From a virus, in IMG/VR virus record IMGVR_UViG_3300005535_000012, positions 1 through 39,583 of that record: DNA of 39,583 nt; one strand, written 5' to 3'. The notes under the pieces were generated by a model that saw only the letters and a list, made by a program, of their open reading frames with translations, did no database searches and was not told the DNA's origin. Of this stretch, positions 33,278-39,583 are shown piece by piece. Position 1 is the stretch's first letter. The number at the start of each line of letters is the position of its first letter. A program made the translations under genes and the position numbers.

Positions 33278-33436
33278 CTGTTTTGTAGGGAGAGGAATGC
33301 GCAGGCTGATGCGCCACGGCTACCCCTTGGTTGCTCTTGGGATGAACGTGCAGGGACGTGTAAGTCGCCCGCTAGAACTTGGTCGATAGGTCTAGCAAGC
33401 CGGAGATCAGCACTGGCCCTCTCCCTACAGAGCAGT
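33277..33436 (+). ncRNA. Candidate structured ncRNA, multibranched, closed by a 19-bp stem
   Basis: ACTGTTTTGTAGGGAGAGG (33277-33295) pairs fully (two G.U) with CCTCTCCCTACAGAGCAGT (33418-33436); inner helices GCGCA/TGCGC, CACG/CGTG, GCTAGA/TCTAGC and GCCGG/CTGGC; lies in a coding gap. Confidence 0.65.
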
Positions 33437-33457
33437 AAGCATTGCGAAGGAGTTGAT

Positions 33458-33583
33458 ATGCGAGCCCACATTTACATGCGCTTCGGACTTTGGGTAACGA
33501 GGCTGGAAGATGAAACAGCGCTGCCATTCCGGACCTTCGAAGGCGCGGCAGCTTGGGCAAAACGGATTCACGAAGGTAACTAA
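33458..33583 (+). CDS. Small protein, 41 aa (MRAHIYMRFGLWVTRLEDETALPFRTFEGAAAWAKRIHEGN)
   Basis: AAGGAG-6nt-ATG; below track cutoff. Confidence 0.65.
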   Translation: MRAHIYMRFGLWVTRLEDETALPFRTFEGAAAWAKRIHEGN

Positions 33584-33594
33584 CCGAGGAAGAC

Positions 33595-34353
33595 ATGAAG
33601 GTTGAGATCAAACATTGGATTACCGGCGCAGTTCTGTTTGCTCATAGCGCAGATGTGAACGGAATCGGGATCGCTCTGAGGGCTGCTATTGAATCCGGCG
33701 CGGACCTGCGCGACGCGGACCTGCGCGGCGCGAACCTGTACGACGCGAACCTGCGCTGCGCGAACCTGCGCGGCGCGAACCTGTACGACGCGGACCTGCG
33801 CGACGCGAACCTGCGCGGCGCGAACCTGCGCGGCGCGAACCTGCGCGGCGCGAACCTGCGCTGCGCGGACCTGCGCGACGCGGACCTGCGCGACGCGAAC
33901 CTGTACGACGCGAACCTGCGCGGCGCGAACCTGTACGACGCGAACCTGCGCGGCGCGAACCTGCGCGGCGCGAACCTGTACGACGCGAACCTGCGCGGCG
34001 CGAACCTGTACGACGCGAACCTGCGCGACGTTAAAAACCTTGTCTTCCAAATAATTCCTGAGGAAGGCGCATTCATCGGCTGGAAGAAACTCAAAGGCGG
34101 CGTAATCGCGAAACTGGAAATCCCGGCTGACGCGAAACGTAACTCCACACCTATAGGCCGGAAAAATCGCGCGGAATTCGTCCGAGTGCTGGAATTGTTC
34201 GGCGCGGATGAAACAGTAAGTCAGCATGACGGCGAGACGGTCTATCGAGTTGGTGAGATCGTACGTCCGGATTTGTACAACGACGACATTCGCCTCGAAT
34301 GTACGAATGGGATCCATTTCTTTATCACGCGCGCCGAAGCCGAGGCGTACTGA
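33595..34353 (+). CDS. Pentapeptide-repeat protein with C-terminal domain, 252 aa
   Basis: 22 consecutive A(D/N)L(R/Y)(D/G/C) units followed by a non-repeat C-terminal domain; GAGGAAG RBS. Confidence 0.92.
   Translation: MKVEIKHWITGAVLFAHSADVNGIGIALRAAIESGADLRDADLRGANLYDANLRCANLRGANLYDADLRDANLRGANLRGANLRGANLRCADLRDADLRDANLYDANLRGANLYDANLRGANLRGANLYDANLRGANLYDANLRDVKNLVFQIIPEEGAFIGWKKLKGGVIAKLEIPADAKRNSTPIGRKNRAEFVRVLELFGADETVSQHDGETVYRVGEIVRPDLYNDDIRLECTNGIHFFITRAEAEAY
33700..34029 (+). repeat. 22 tandem 15-bp repeats (GCG RAC CTG YRC KRC)
   Basis: Near-perfect DNA-level repeats, with no third-position variation at Ala/Leu codons. Confidence 0.92.
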
Positions 34354-34372
34354 CACCACCCAGAGGGACCAC

Positions 34373-34675
34373 ATGAACGAGATCAAGCAGACATCGCTTA
34401 AACCAGTCGCTGTCATCGGCTCGGGCTGGCAACTTTTCTATGTCGGCACAGGGTCAATCGCGTCAATCGTGTATCAACACAGCCTGAAGATCGGCGATGT
34501 ACTGTACGCAGGCGCATTGCCCGCTGCGTCTGCCGACATGGCCGAGATACTCGAAATCATCTCGGCCGATGCAGATGCGGGCGAGATCCTGCTGACCTCC
34601 GGCATCCGCATGGTCCTCGACGCCGCGCTGATCAAGGCAGGGCGTAAGGAAGCGCCGGTTAGGACGGGAGAGTGA
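34373..34675 (+). CDS. Hypothetical protein, 100 aa
   Basis: ATG at 34373 after GAGGGACC; the longer track ORF start at 34226 overlaps the pentapeptide gene. Confidence 0.6.
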   Translation: MNEIKQTSLKPVAVIGSGWQLFYVGTGSIASIVYQHSLKIGDVLYAGALPAASADMAEILEIISADADAGEILLTSGIRMVLDAALIKAGRKEAPVRTGE

Positions 34676-34676
34676 G

Positions 34677-34958
34677 ATGAGCGAAGCGGAAAACTGGGCA
34701 CCGAAGCATATCTGGCTGCAACGCGAACAGGGCGAAATGGGCTCGCACACGTGGTGCGAAGACTCGGTCGGCACTGACATGATCGAGGAAGTCGGGTACG
34801 TACGGGCTGACGTGGCGCAAGAACTGCTAGAGGCGCTCCAATCTTTGGAAAGGCGTTTCCAAGTGGGAATTGAACTGGGCCTGTCTGCCGCAGAAGCATA
34901 CGACTCCTTTTATCAGGAGATCATATCGGAAGCTATCGTCAAGGCAACGGAGGCATGA
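34677..34958 (+). CDS. Hypothetical protein, 93 aa
   Basis: Operon ORF. Confidence 0.6.
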   Translation: MSEAENWAPKHIWLQREQGEMGSHTWCEDSVGTDMIEEVGYVRADVAQELLEALQSLERRFQVGIELGLSAAEAYDSFYQEIISEAIVKATEA

Positions 34959-35113
34959 TGCGCGCCCCACTCCAAAGCATCCGCAAGGTAGACGACAACG
35001 AATTACTGCGCGCCTGTGGTCGCGCTTACGCAGGTCTTGTCGCGATCTGCTGCGTGTTGATCGTGGTGTCTCTCACGGTTCAGTTTGGTGACGTTATTGC
35101 GAGGTCGGTATGA
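34955..35113 (+). CDS. Small TM protein, 52 aa (..YAGLVAICCVLIVVSLTVQFGDVIARSV)
   Basis: ATGATG start overlapping TGA; stop overlaps the next ATG; below track cutoff. Confidence 0.6.
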   Translation: MMRAPLQSIRKVDDNELLRACGRAYAGLVAICCVLIVVSLTVQFGDVIARSV

Positions 35114-35403
35114 GCGAAGCGAAATTTACGCCGGGTCCGTGGAAATGGGACGACACGGTTTGGAATTACGATCCAGAACAACAATCACCGTGGTTAGTGG
35201 ACGAAAACGATGATTGGGTTCTGCGTGGCGGAATAAAGTGCAACGAAGCTAACGCTCGCCTGATCGCTGCCGCGCCGGAACTTCTCGAAGCATGCAAGGC
35301 ATTCGCTGACTATATCAGCGGCCCGACCTCATGGACGCAAGACCAAGAGGATGCATTGGTTACGAGCGTCCATTCCGCCATAGCCAAGGCAACGGGAGCC
35401 TGA
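35110..35403 (+). CDS. Conserved phage protein, 97 aa (FTPGPW...ANARLIAAAPELLEAC)
   Basis: Recognisable recurrent phage motif FTPGPW/NARLIAAAPELL. Confidence 0.85.
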   Translation: MSEAKFTPGPWKWDDTVWNYDPEQQSPWLVDENDDWVLRGGIKCNEANARLIAAAPELLEACKAFADYISGPTSWTQDQEDALVTSVHSAIAKATGA

Positions 35404-35404
35404 C

Positions 35405-35533
35405 ATGAAACGCATCCTCACCCACGACCTCACAAAGGTCTTCGCCGGCTGGATTGTGCTGTTCGTGTTCTGGCTGGTTCTGCCCGCTGACCCTCCGTAT
35501 GTAGACCAGGCGGTGCATCGGAGTCCGACATGA
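35405..35533 (+). CDS. Small TM protein, 42 aa (MKRILTHDLTKVFAGWIVLFVFWLVLPADPPYVDQAVHRSPT)
   Basis: Tight coupling to both neighbours; one TM helix. Confidence 0.55.
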   Translation: MKRILTHDLTKVFAGWIVLFVFWLVLPADPPYVDQAVHRSPT

Positions 35534-35721
35534 AAGACGACGGGCCCGATTACTGGATGGCACAACAGGCGCAAGAAGAACTGGAATGGCATGAAGAGCG
35601 GAGAAAGAATCATGAGCGAGAAGAAAACCGGATTGCAAAGGCTGCGGGAGCCCTTCCCGGAACATCAGATCAGCCTCCTTCCCAAGCCCTACAAGCGGGA
35701 TTCCCCGAAGGGGAATTGTGA
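35530..35721 (+). CDS. Hypothetical protein, 63 aa
   Basis: Overlaps start of the next gene. Confidence 0.4.
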   Translation: MKDDGPDYWMAQQAQEELEWHEERRKNHEREENRIAKAAGALPGTSDQPPSQALQAGFPEGEL

Positions 35722-36286
35722 TGTGTGTGGTGGCTGGCATGGTCTTCCTGCCCTCCATTTGAGCTATGTCGGCCATGCAGCACTTACCGACCGGTTGCTT
35801 GAATGCGATGAGAACTGGACTTGGGAGCCGCTGGCACTTGGCCCCGATGGATTGCCATTGCTGGATCGTGACGGCGGCATGTGGATTCGCCTGACGGTCT
35901 GCGGAGTGACTCGTCTGGGGTATGGCGATGCGCAAGGAAAGACTGGGCCCGACGCCACGAAAGAACGGATCGGCGATGCACTGCGCAACGCAGCTATGCG
36001 CTTCGGTGCCGCGCTTGATCTGTGGCACAAGGGTGATCTTCACGGTCCTGAAGAAGGCGACGGCGAGGAAAATACTAAGGCAGAAACACCTCACCAAGGA
36101 TTGGCAGCTTCTTCCTTGAAAACCCATGTCGAGGCCATCAAGAAAGCTCCCGATATGAATTCCCTCAAGTCTCTTCACGCAAGCGCATACAAAGCGGCGC
36201 ATGCGGTTCGCGACACGGTCGCAGAAGAGATCATAAATGAAGCGAAAGACGCCCGAAAACTTGAACTGGAAGAGGTTACATCATGA
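35612..36286 (+). CDS. Rad52-like single-strand annealing protein (putative), 224 aa
   Basis: LSYVGHAALTDRLLECDENWTWEPLALGPDGLPLLDRDGGMWIRLTVCGVTRLGYGDA...ATKERIGDALRNAAMRFGAALDLW. Confidence 0.72.
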   Translation: MSEKKTGLQRLREPFPEHQISLLPKPYKRDSPKGNCDVCGGWHGLPALHLSYVGHAALTDRLLECDENWTWEPLALGPDGLPLLDRDGGMWIRLTVCGVTRLGYGDAQGKTGPDATKERIGDALRNAAMRFGAALDLWHKGDLHGPEEGDGEENTKAETPHQGLAASSLKTHVEAIKKAPDMNSLKSLHASAYKAAHAVRDTVAEEIINEAKDARKLELEEVTS

Positions 36287-36786
36287 ACGCTATCACTCTC
36301 TACGCTCTGGCTGGCGAATACAAGGACGCCGCCGACAAGCTGGCAGAAATGGAGTTGGACGATCAGACAATTTCCGATACGTTGGAATCGCTTTCCGGCG
36401 ATCTCGAAGCCAAAGCAACGAACACGATCATGCTGGTTCGCAACCTCGAAGCGACTGCCGAGCAGATCAAAGCGGCCGAGAAAGCCATGGCCGAACGCCG
36501 CAAGGCATACGAGGCGCGAGCCACCCGAATCAAGCAGTACGTCATGGACAGCATGATCTTCGCCGGCATTACCAAGATCGAATGCCCGCTGTTCAAGATC
36601 GCGATACGCGACAACCCGCCGTCAGTCGTGATCGATGACGAGAAGCAGATTCCGCAATCTTATCTGACCGATCCGCTTCCGCCGCCTCCTGCTCCCGACA
36701 AGAAGCTGATCGCGCAGGCTATCAAGGACGGCTGTGAAGTGCCGGGAGCGCACTTGGAGCGTGGCCAGCGCTTGGAGGTTAAGTGA
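36283..36786 (+). CDS. Siphovirus Gp157-like protein, 167 aa
   Basis: MNAITLYALAGEYKDAADKLAEMELDDQTISDTLESLSGDLEAKATNTIMLVRNLEATAEQIKAAEKAMAERRKA.. Confidence 0.85.
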   Translation: MNAITLYALAGEYKDAADKLAEMELDDQTISDTLESLSGDLEAKATNTIMLVRNLEATAEQIKAAEKAMAERRKAYEARATRIKQYVMDSMIFAGITKIECPLFKIAIRDNPPSVVIDDEKQIPQSYLTDPLPPPPAPDKKLIAQAIKDGCEVPGAHLERGQRLEVK

Positions 36787-37127
36787 GCGACGAAGCAGAA
36801 ATCAACATCTTCAAGGCGCTCGATTTCATTCGGGACAATGCATCGGAATACGCCAAAGCCAAGGCGACGCGCGTTTATCTCGAAGAGTTCCGAAAGAGCA
36901 AGAAGGCTTTGCTGATGAAAGATGCCGAGCGTGCTGGTCACAACGCAGTCAGCGCTCAGGAGCGCGAGGCATATGCAGACGAGGGTTATCAGGATCATCT
37001 GAAATCCCTGCAAGCCGCCGTCGAATCAGAGGAAAAGCTGCGCTGGCTGATGGTCGCCGCGCAGGCAAAGATTGCCGTCTTCCAAACGTTAGAAGCAACT
37101 CGGCGACTTGAGGCAAAGGTCTTATGA
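36783..37127 (+). CDS. Hypothetical protein, 114 aa
   Basis: GTG start overlapping the Gp157-like gene. Confidence 0.75.
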   Translation: MSDEAEINIFKALDFIRDNASEYAKAKATRVYLEEFRKSKKALLMKDAERAGHNAVSAQEREAYADEGYQDHLKSLQAAVESEEKLRWLMVAAQAKIAVFQTLEATRRLEAKVL

Positions 37128-37600
37128 AAACTCATGGGATGCGGAAAACGCAGGAATACAAGGCTTGGTCTGAGGCAAAGCAGCGATGCCATAACCCGAA
37201 AAACGCCAAATACAAGTGGTATGGCGCCAGGGGAATTTCGGTATGTGACGAATGGAAAAATGATTTCGAGGCATTTTTCTCTCATATAGGACCAAAGCCA
37301 AGCGAAAAGCACGAGCTTGACCGTATCGATAACGACAAGGGATATGAGCCCGGTAACGTCCACTGGGTGACAAAGCAAGACAACGTGAGGAATCGCAGAA
37401 ATACAGTTAAGGTTGTTGTTGGCGGGAAAGAAATGACCCTTGACGATTACGCTAAGGCTGCTGGAATTCCATATGCGACAGCGTGGGCGAGGCTAAAGAA
37501 GCACCCCCATCTGATTAATGGAGAGCCAAAGCGCAGTGGCGGAAGAAAGAGCAGTCGCACCTTGGAGTCCACCAGGCGCGTCGAGGCAAAGACGATTTGA
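37124..37600 (+). CDS. Homing-endonuclease-like protein, 158 aa
   Basis: W..AKQRCHNPKNAKYKWYGARGISVCDEWKNDFEAFF...HELDRIDNDKGYEPGNVHWVTKQDNVRNRRN. Confidence 0.7.
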   Translation: MKTHGMRKTQEYKAWSEAKQRCHNPKNAKYKWYGARGISVCDEWKNDFEAFFSHIGPKPSEKHELDRIDNDKGYEPGNVHWVTKQDNVRNRRNTVKVVVGGKEMTLDDYAKAAGIPYATAWARLKKHPHLINGEPKRSGGRKSSRTLESTRRVEAKTI

Positions 37601-37677
37601 CTTCATGGCAGCCCCCTTGGAAGGGCCGCAGTACCGGGCCCGACTTTTTGAGGCTGTACTACTGATTGAGGATGACG

Positions 37678-38309
37678 ATGAGCGTACCGACAGCCGTTTT
37701 CCTGTTCGACAAGACGGGCAACATGGCGAAGCCTTGGGCCGAAGCCGGCTACCGATGCATCTGCTACGACATCCAGCATGTCGGGCGCACCGTGCGCGAT
37801 GGGATCGTATTCCAGCAATGGGACGCACTGATCGGGCCGCCTGCGCTGCCGCCGGATTCTCTGGTTGTGTTCGGTTTCGCCTTTCCGCCTTGCACGCACC
37901 TAGCCGTCAGTGGCGCCCGCTGGTTCCAGGGTAAGGGTCTGCGCGCGCTGTCGCAGTCGATCGAGATGTTCGCCGCGGCGGCCGAATTCCTCGAGTCGCT
38001 CGGCGCGCCATACGGTATCGAGAACCCGGTGAGCGTGATTTCGTCGCACTGGCGCAAGCCAGACCACACGTTCCACCCGCACGACTATACCGCCTTCGAG
38101 CTGGCCGATCACTACACGAAGAAGACGTGCCTGTGGGTCGGCGGCGGATTCGAAATGCCCGCTCCGAATCGCGCGGAAGGTCTTGGCGCACCCGACAACC
38201 GGATCCACGCTGCCCCCCTTCCGACGACCGCGGCGACATCCGCTCGGCTACGCCGATGGGGTTCGCACGCGCCGTGTTCGAAGCAAACGCGAAGCAACTG
38301 ACCACCTGA
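37678..38309 (+). pseudogene. Atypical cytosine-C5 methyltransferase-like gene with a frameshift at the C6 run (38213-38218)
   Basis: FPPCTHLAVSGARWF, APYGIENPVSVISSHWRKPDHTFHP; expected C-terminus RSATPMGFARAVFEANAKQ lies in another frame (38127-38309 ORF). Confidence 0.75.
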
Positions 38310-38373
38310 GGACCACACATGACCACCACCGACAATAGCCGCGCTGATGCGCTGACGGACCTGGAGGCGAACC

Positions 38374-39141
38374 GTGACTGAGCGAATCGTCTGTTGGTTT
38401 TCGGCCGGGGCTGCGTCCGCTGTCGCGACGAAATTGGCGATCGCCGAGAACGTGAGGGGCAAAAACCTGCCGTTGATCGTCGCCCAGTGTGGCATCGATG
38501 AAGAGCACCCGGACAACGTCCGTTTCGCCGCCGATTGTGAGCGCTGGTTTGGCGTTCCTATAACGCGGCTGACCAGCGAAAAGTTCGGGTCGTCAATCTA
38601 TGCCGTTTTCGAGAGAGAGAAATACATCGCCGGCGTGCGTGGTGCAGCTTGCACGCGTGCCTTGAAGAAGCACGTCCGAGAGGCATTCCAGCGCCATGGG
38701 GACATGCACGTGTTCGGATACTCAGCCGAGGAACAAGGCCGAGTCGACCAGTTCATCGACGGAAACAATGACGTTCTGATTTGGCCGATTCTGGTCGAAA
38801 AAGGCATAACGCACGCAGACTGTCTTGCGCTCATCGACCGAGCCGGAATCGAGATTCCGACGATGTACAAGCTCGGCTATACGCACAACAACTGCATCGG
38901 TTGCGTCAAAGGGGGCGCCGGCTACTGGAACAAAGTTCGCGTCGACTTCCCGCCTCAATTTGACCGCATGGCCAAGCTTAGTCGACGCATGGGCGTGAAG
39001 CTTGTGAAGGTCGGGGAGGAACGAGTGTTCCTCGACGAATTGCTGCCAGACGTCGGGGACTATCAAAACGAGCTGTCTATCCAGTGCGGAATCTTCTGCG
39101 AACTGGCTGAGAAAGACCTTGAAGGAGCGAATCATGGATAA
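38374..39141 (+). CDS. PAPS-reductase-like/adenine nucleotide alpha-hydrolase (PP-loop) protein, 255 aa
   Basis: IVCWFSAGAASAVATKLAI PP-loop, CTRALKK, NCIGCVKGGAGYWNKVRVDFPPQFDRM. Confidence 0.8.
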   Translation: MTERIVCWFSAGAASAVATKLAIAENVRGKNLPLIVAQCGIDEEHPDNVRFAADCERWFGVPITRLTSEKFGSSIYAVFEREKYIAGVRGAACTRALKKHVREAFQRHGDMHVFGYSAEEQGRVDQFIDGNNDVLIWPILVEKGITHADCLALIDRAGIEIPTMYKLGYTHNNCIGCVKGGAGYWNKVRVDFPPQFDRMAKLSRRMGVKLVKVGEERVFLDELLPDVGDYQNELSIQCGIFCELAEKDLEGANHG

Positions 39142-39583
39142 CGCCGCATCCCCTGTCGAGCAGCACGAAGCAGCGCCGGCCGAGGGTTGTACGCCCGAAG
39201 ATGCACGGATGCTGCGGGCAGCGAATCACTCGCTTGCAGTGGAGAATGAAGCGCTTCGCCGAGCGTTGCGCCCGTTCGCTCGAATCGTATCCACCGACCG
39301 CCTTTCTTGGGCAATCGTCGAGTATTGCATTGATGGCGACCCAGAGAAGCAGACGTTTCAACGGCCGCAGATGCAGCGCGCATTCAATCGAGTGGCTGAT
39401 CTCCTTCGCGAGAACGTACCGAACGGCATTCCGTCCGACATCAATCCAGACGATCTGCCGGATTGGGTCAAGAACGGGAAACCTCCCGCACAGCCCGAAT
39501 CGCCGACGCAACCCGCACCGTCCGCCCCGCTCGAAGGCACGGGCAATGGGGCGGATGAGCGGGCGATGCGCGTAACTGATGGC
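39134..39583 (+). CDS. 5' part of junction-spanning 567-aa protein
   Basis: ATG at 39134 overlaps upstream stop; open through the window end; continues in frame at base 1. Confidence 0.75.
   Translation, partial: MDNAASPVEQHEAAPAEGCTPEDARMLRAANHSLAVENEALRRALRPFARIVSTDRLSWAIVEYCIDGDPEKQTFQRPQMQRAFNRVADLLRENVPNGIPSDINPDDLPDWVKNGKPPAQPESPTQPAPSAPLEGTGNGADERAMRVTDG
39524..39583. repeat. Direct terminal repeat/overlap, copy 2
   Basis: Identical to 1-60. Confidence 0.97.

Noticed and set aside
33277-33436. tRNA gene or intrinsic terminator explanation for the 33.3-kb structured element
   Set aside because: No cloverleaf with a T-loop (GTTCRA) or 7-bp acceptor geometry, and no T-tract after the second arm; the 19-bp closing stem encloses over 120 nt.
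33700-34029. CRISPR-like regular repeats
   Set aside because: 15-bp contiguous coding units with no unique spacers and in frame with a protein; no cas genes.
33580-34416. 278-aa minus-strand ORF rich in VRVVQVRAAQVR repeats (and overlapping + frame Thr/Cys/Arg-rich ORF 33689-34054)
   Set aside because: Shadow ORFs of the 15-bp pentapeptide-coding repeats; low-complexity translation in every frame and no RBS/operon logic.
35360-36202. 280-aa minus-strand ORF
   Set aside because: Antisense to the Rad52-like gene with its recognisable motifs.
1-39583. Diversity-generating retroelement, reverse transcriptase, retron, toxin-antitoxin or CBASS-type defence module
   Set aside because: I looked for RT (YxDD), VR/TR-like near-repeats next to the tailspike and paired toxin/antitoxin ORFs; none was recognised by eye.

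Overview
The window looks like one complete circularised tailed-phage genome (podovirus-like). Bases 1-60 are identical to 39524-39583, so the unit is about 39,523 bp and one ORF runs across the join. Two divergent gene blocks leave an immunity/switch region at about 31.08-31.73 kb and converge on a strong hairpin at 3037-3074. The leftward block (- strand, about 31.3 down to 3.1 kb) holds a Cro-like HTH protein, micro-ORFs, an O-like replication protein with internal 12-bp iteron-like repeats, NinG, further regulators, TerS/TerL, a P22-type portal, scaffold and coat, gp4/gp10-like tail proteins, an Asp/Asn beta-hydroxylase-like protein, a GNAT-like protein, three ejection-type proteins (one with a lytic transglycosylase domain), an HNH endonuclease, a beta-helix tailspike, and lysozyme and holin genes. 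The rightward block (+ strand, 31.4-39.6 then 1-2.9 kb) holds a repressor-like protein, a lipoprotein, many small ORFs, a 22-unit pentapeptide-repeat protein, a Rad52-like annealing protein, a Gp157-like protein, an atypical cytosine methyltransferase split by a homopolymer frameshift, a PAPS-reductase-like PP-loop protein, and a mosaic 567-aa junction-spanning ORF. The main possibly undescribed elements are: (1) a probable multibranched ncRNA closed by a 19-bp stem at 33277-33436; (2) a structured leader between scaffold and major capsid genes; (3) a tailspike leader that may hide its ribosome-binding site; (4) 20-bp operator-like elements at several places in the switch region; (5) putative origin iterons; (6) a cluster of hydrophobic micropeptides; and (7) two signal-peptide proteins inside the virion operon. 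Everything was read by eye; no database search or folding program was run.
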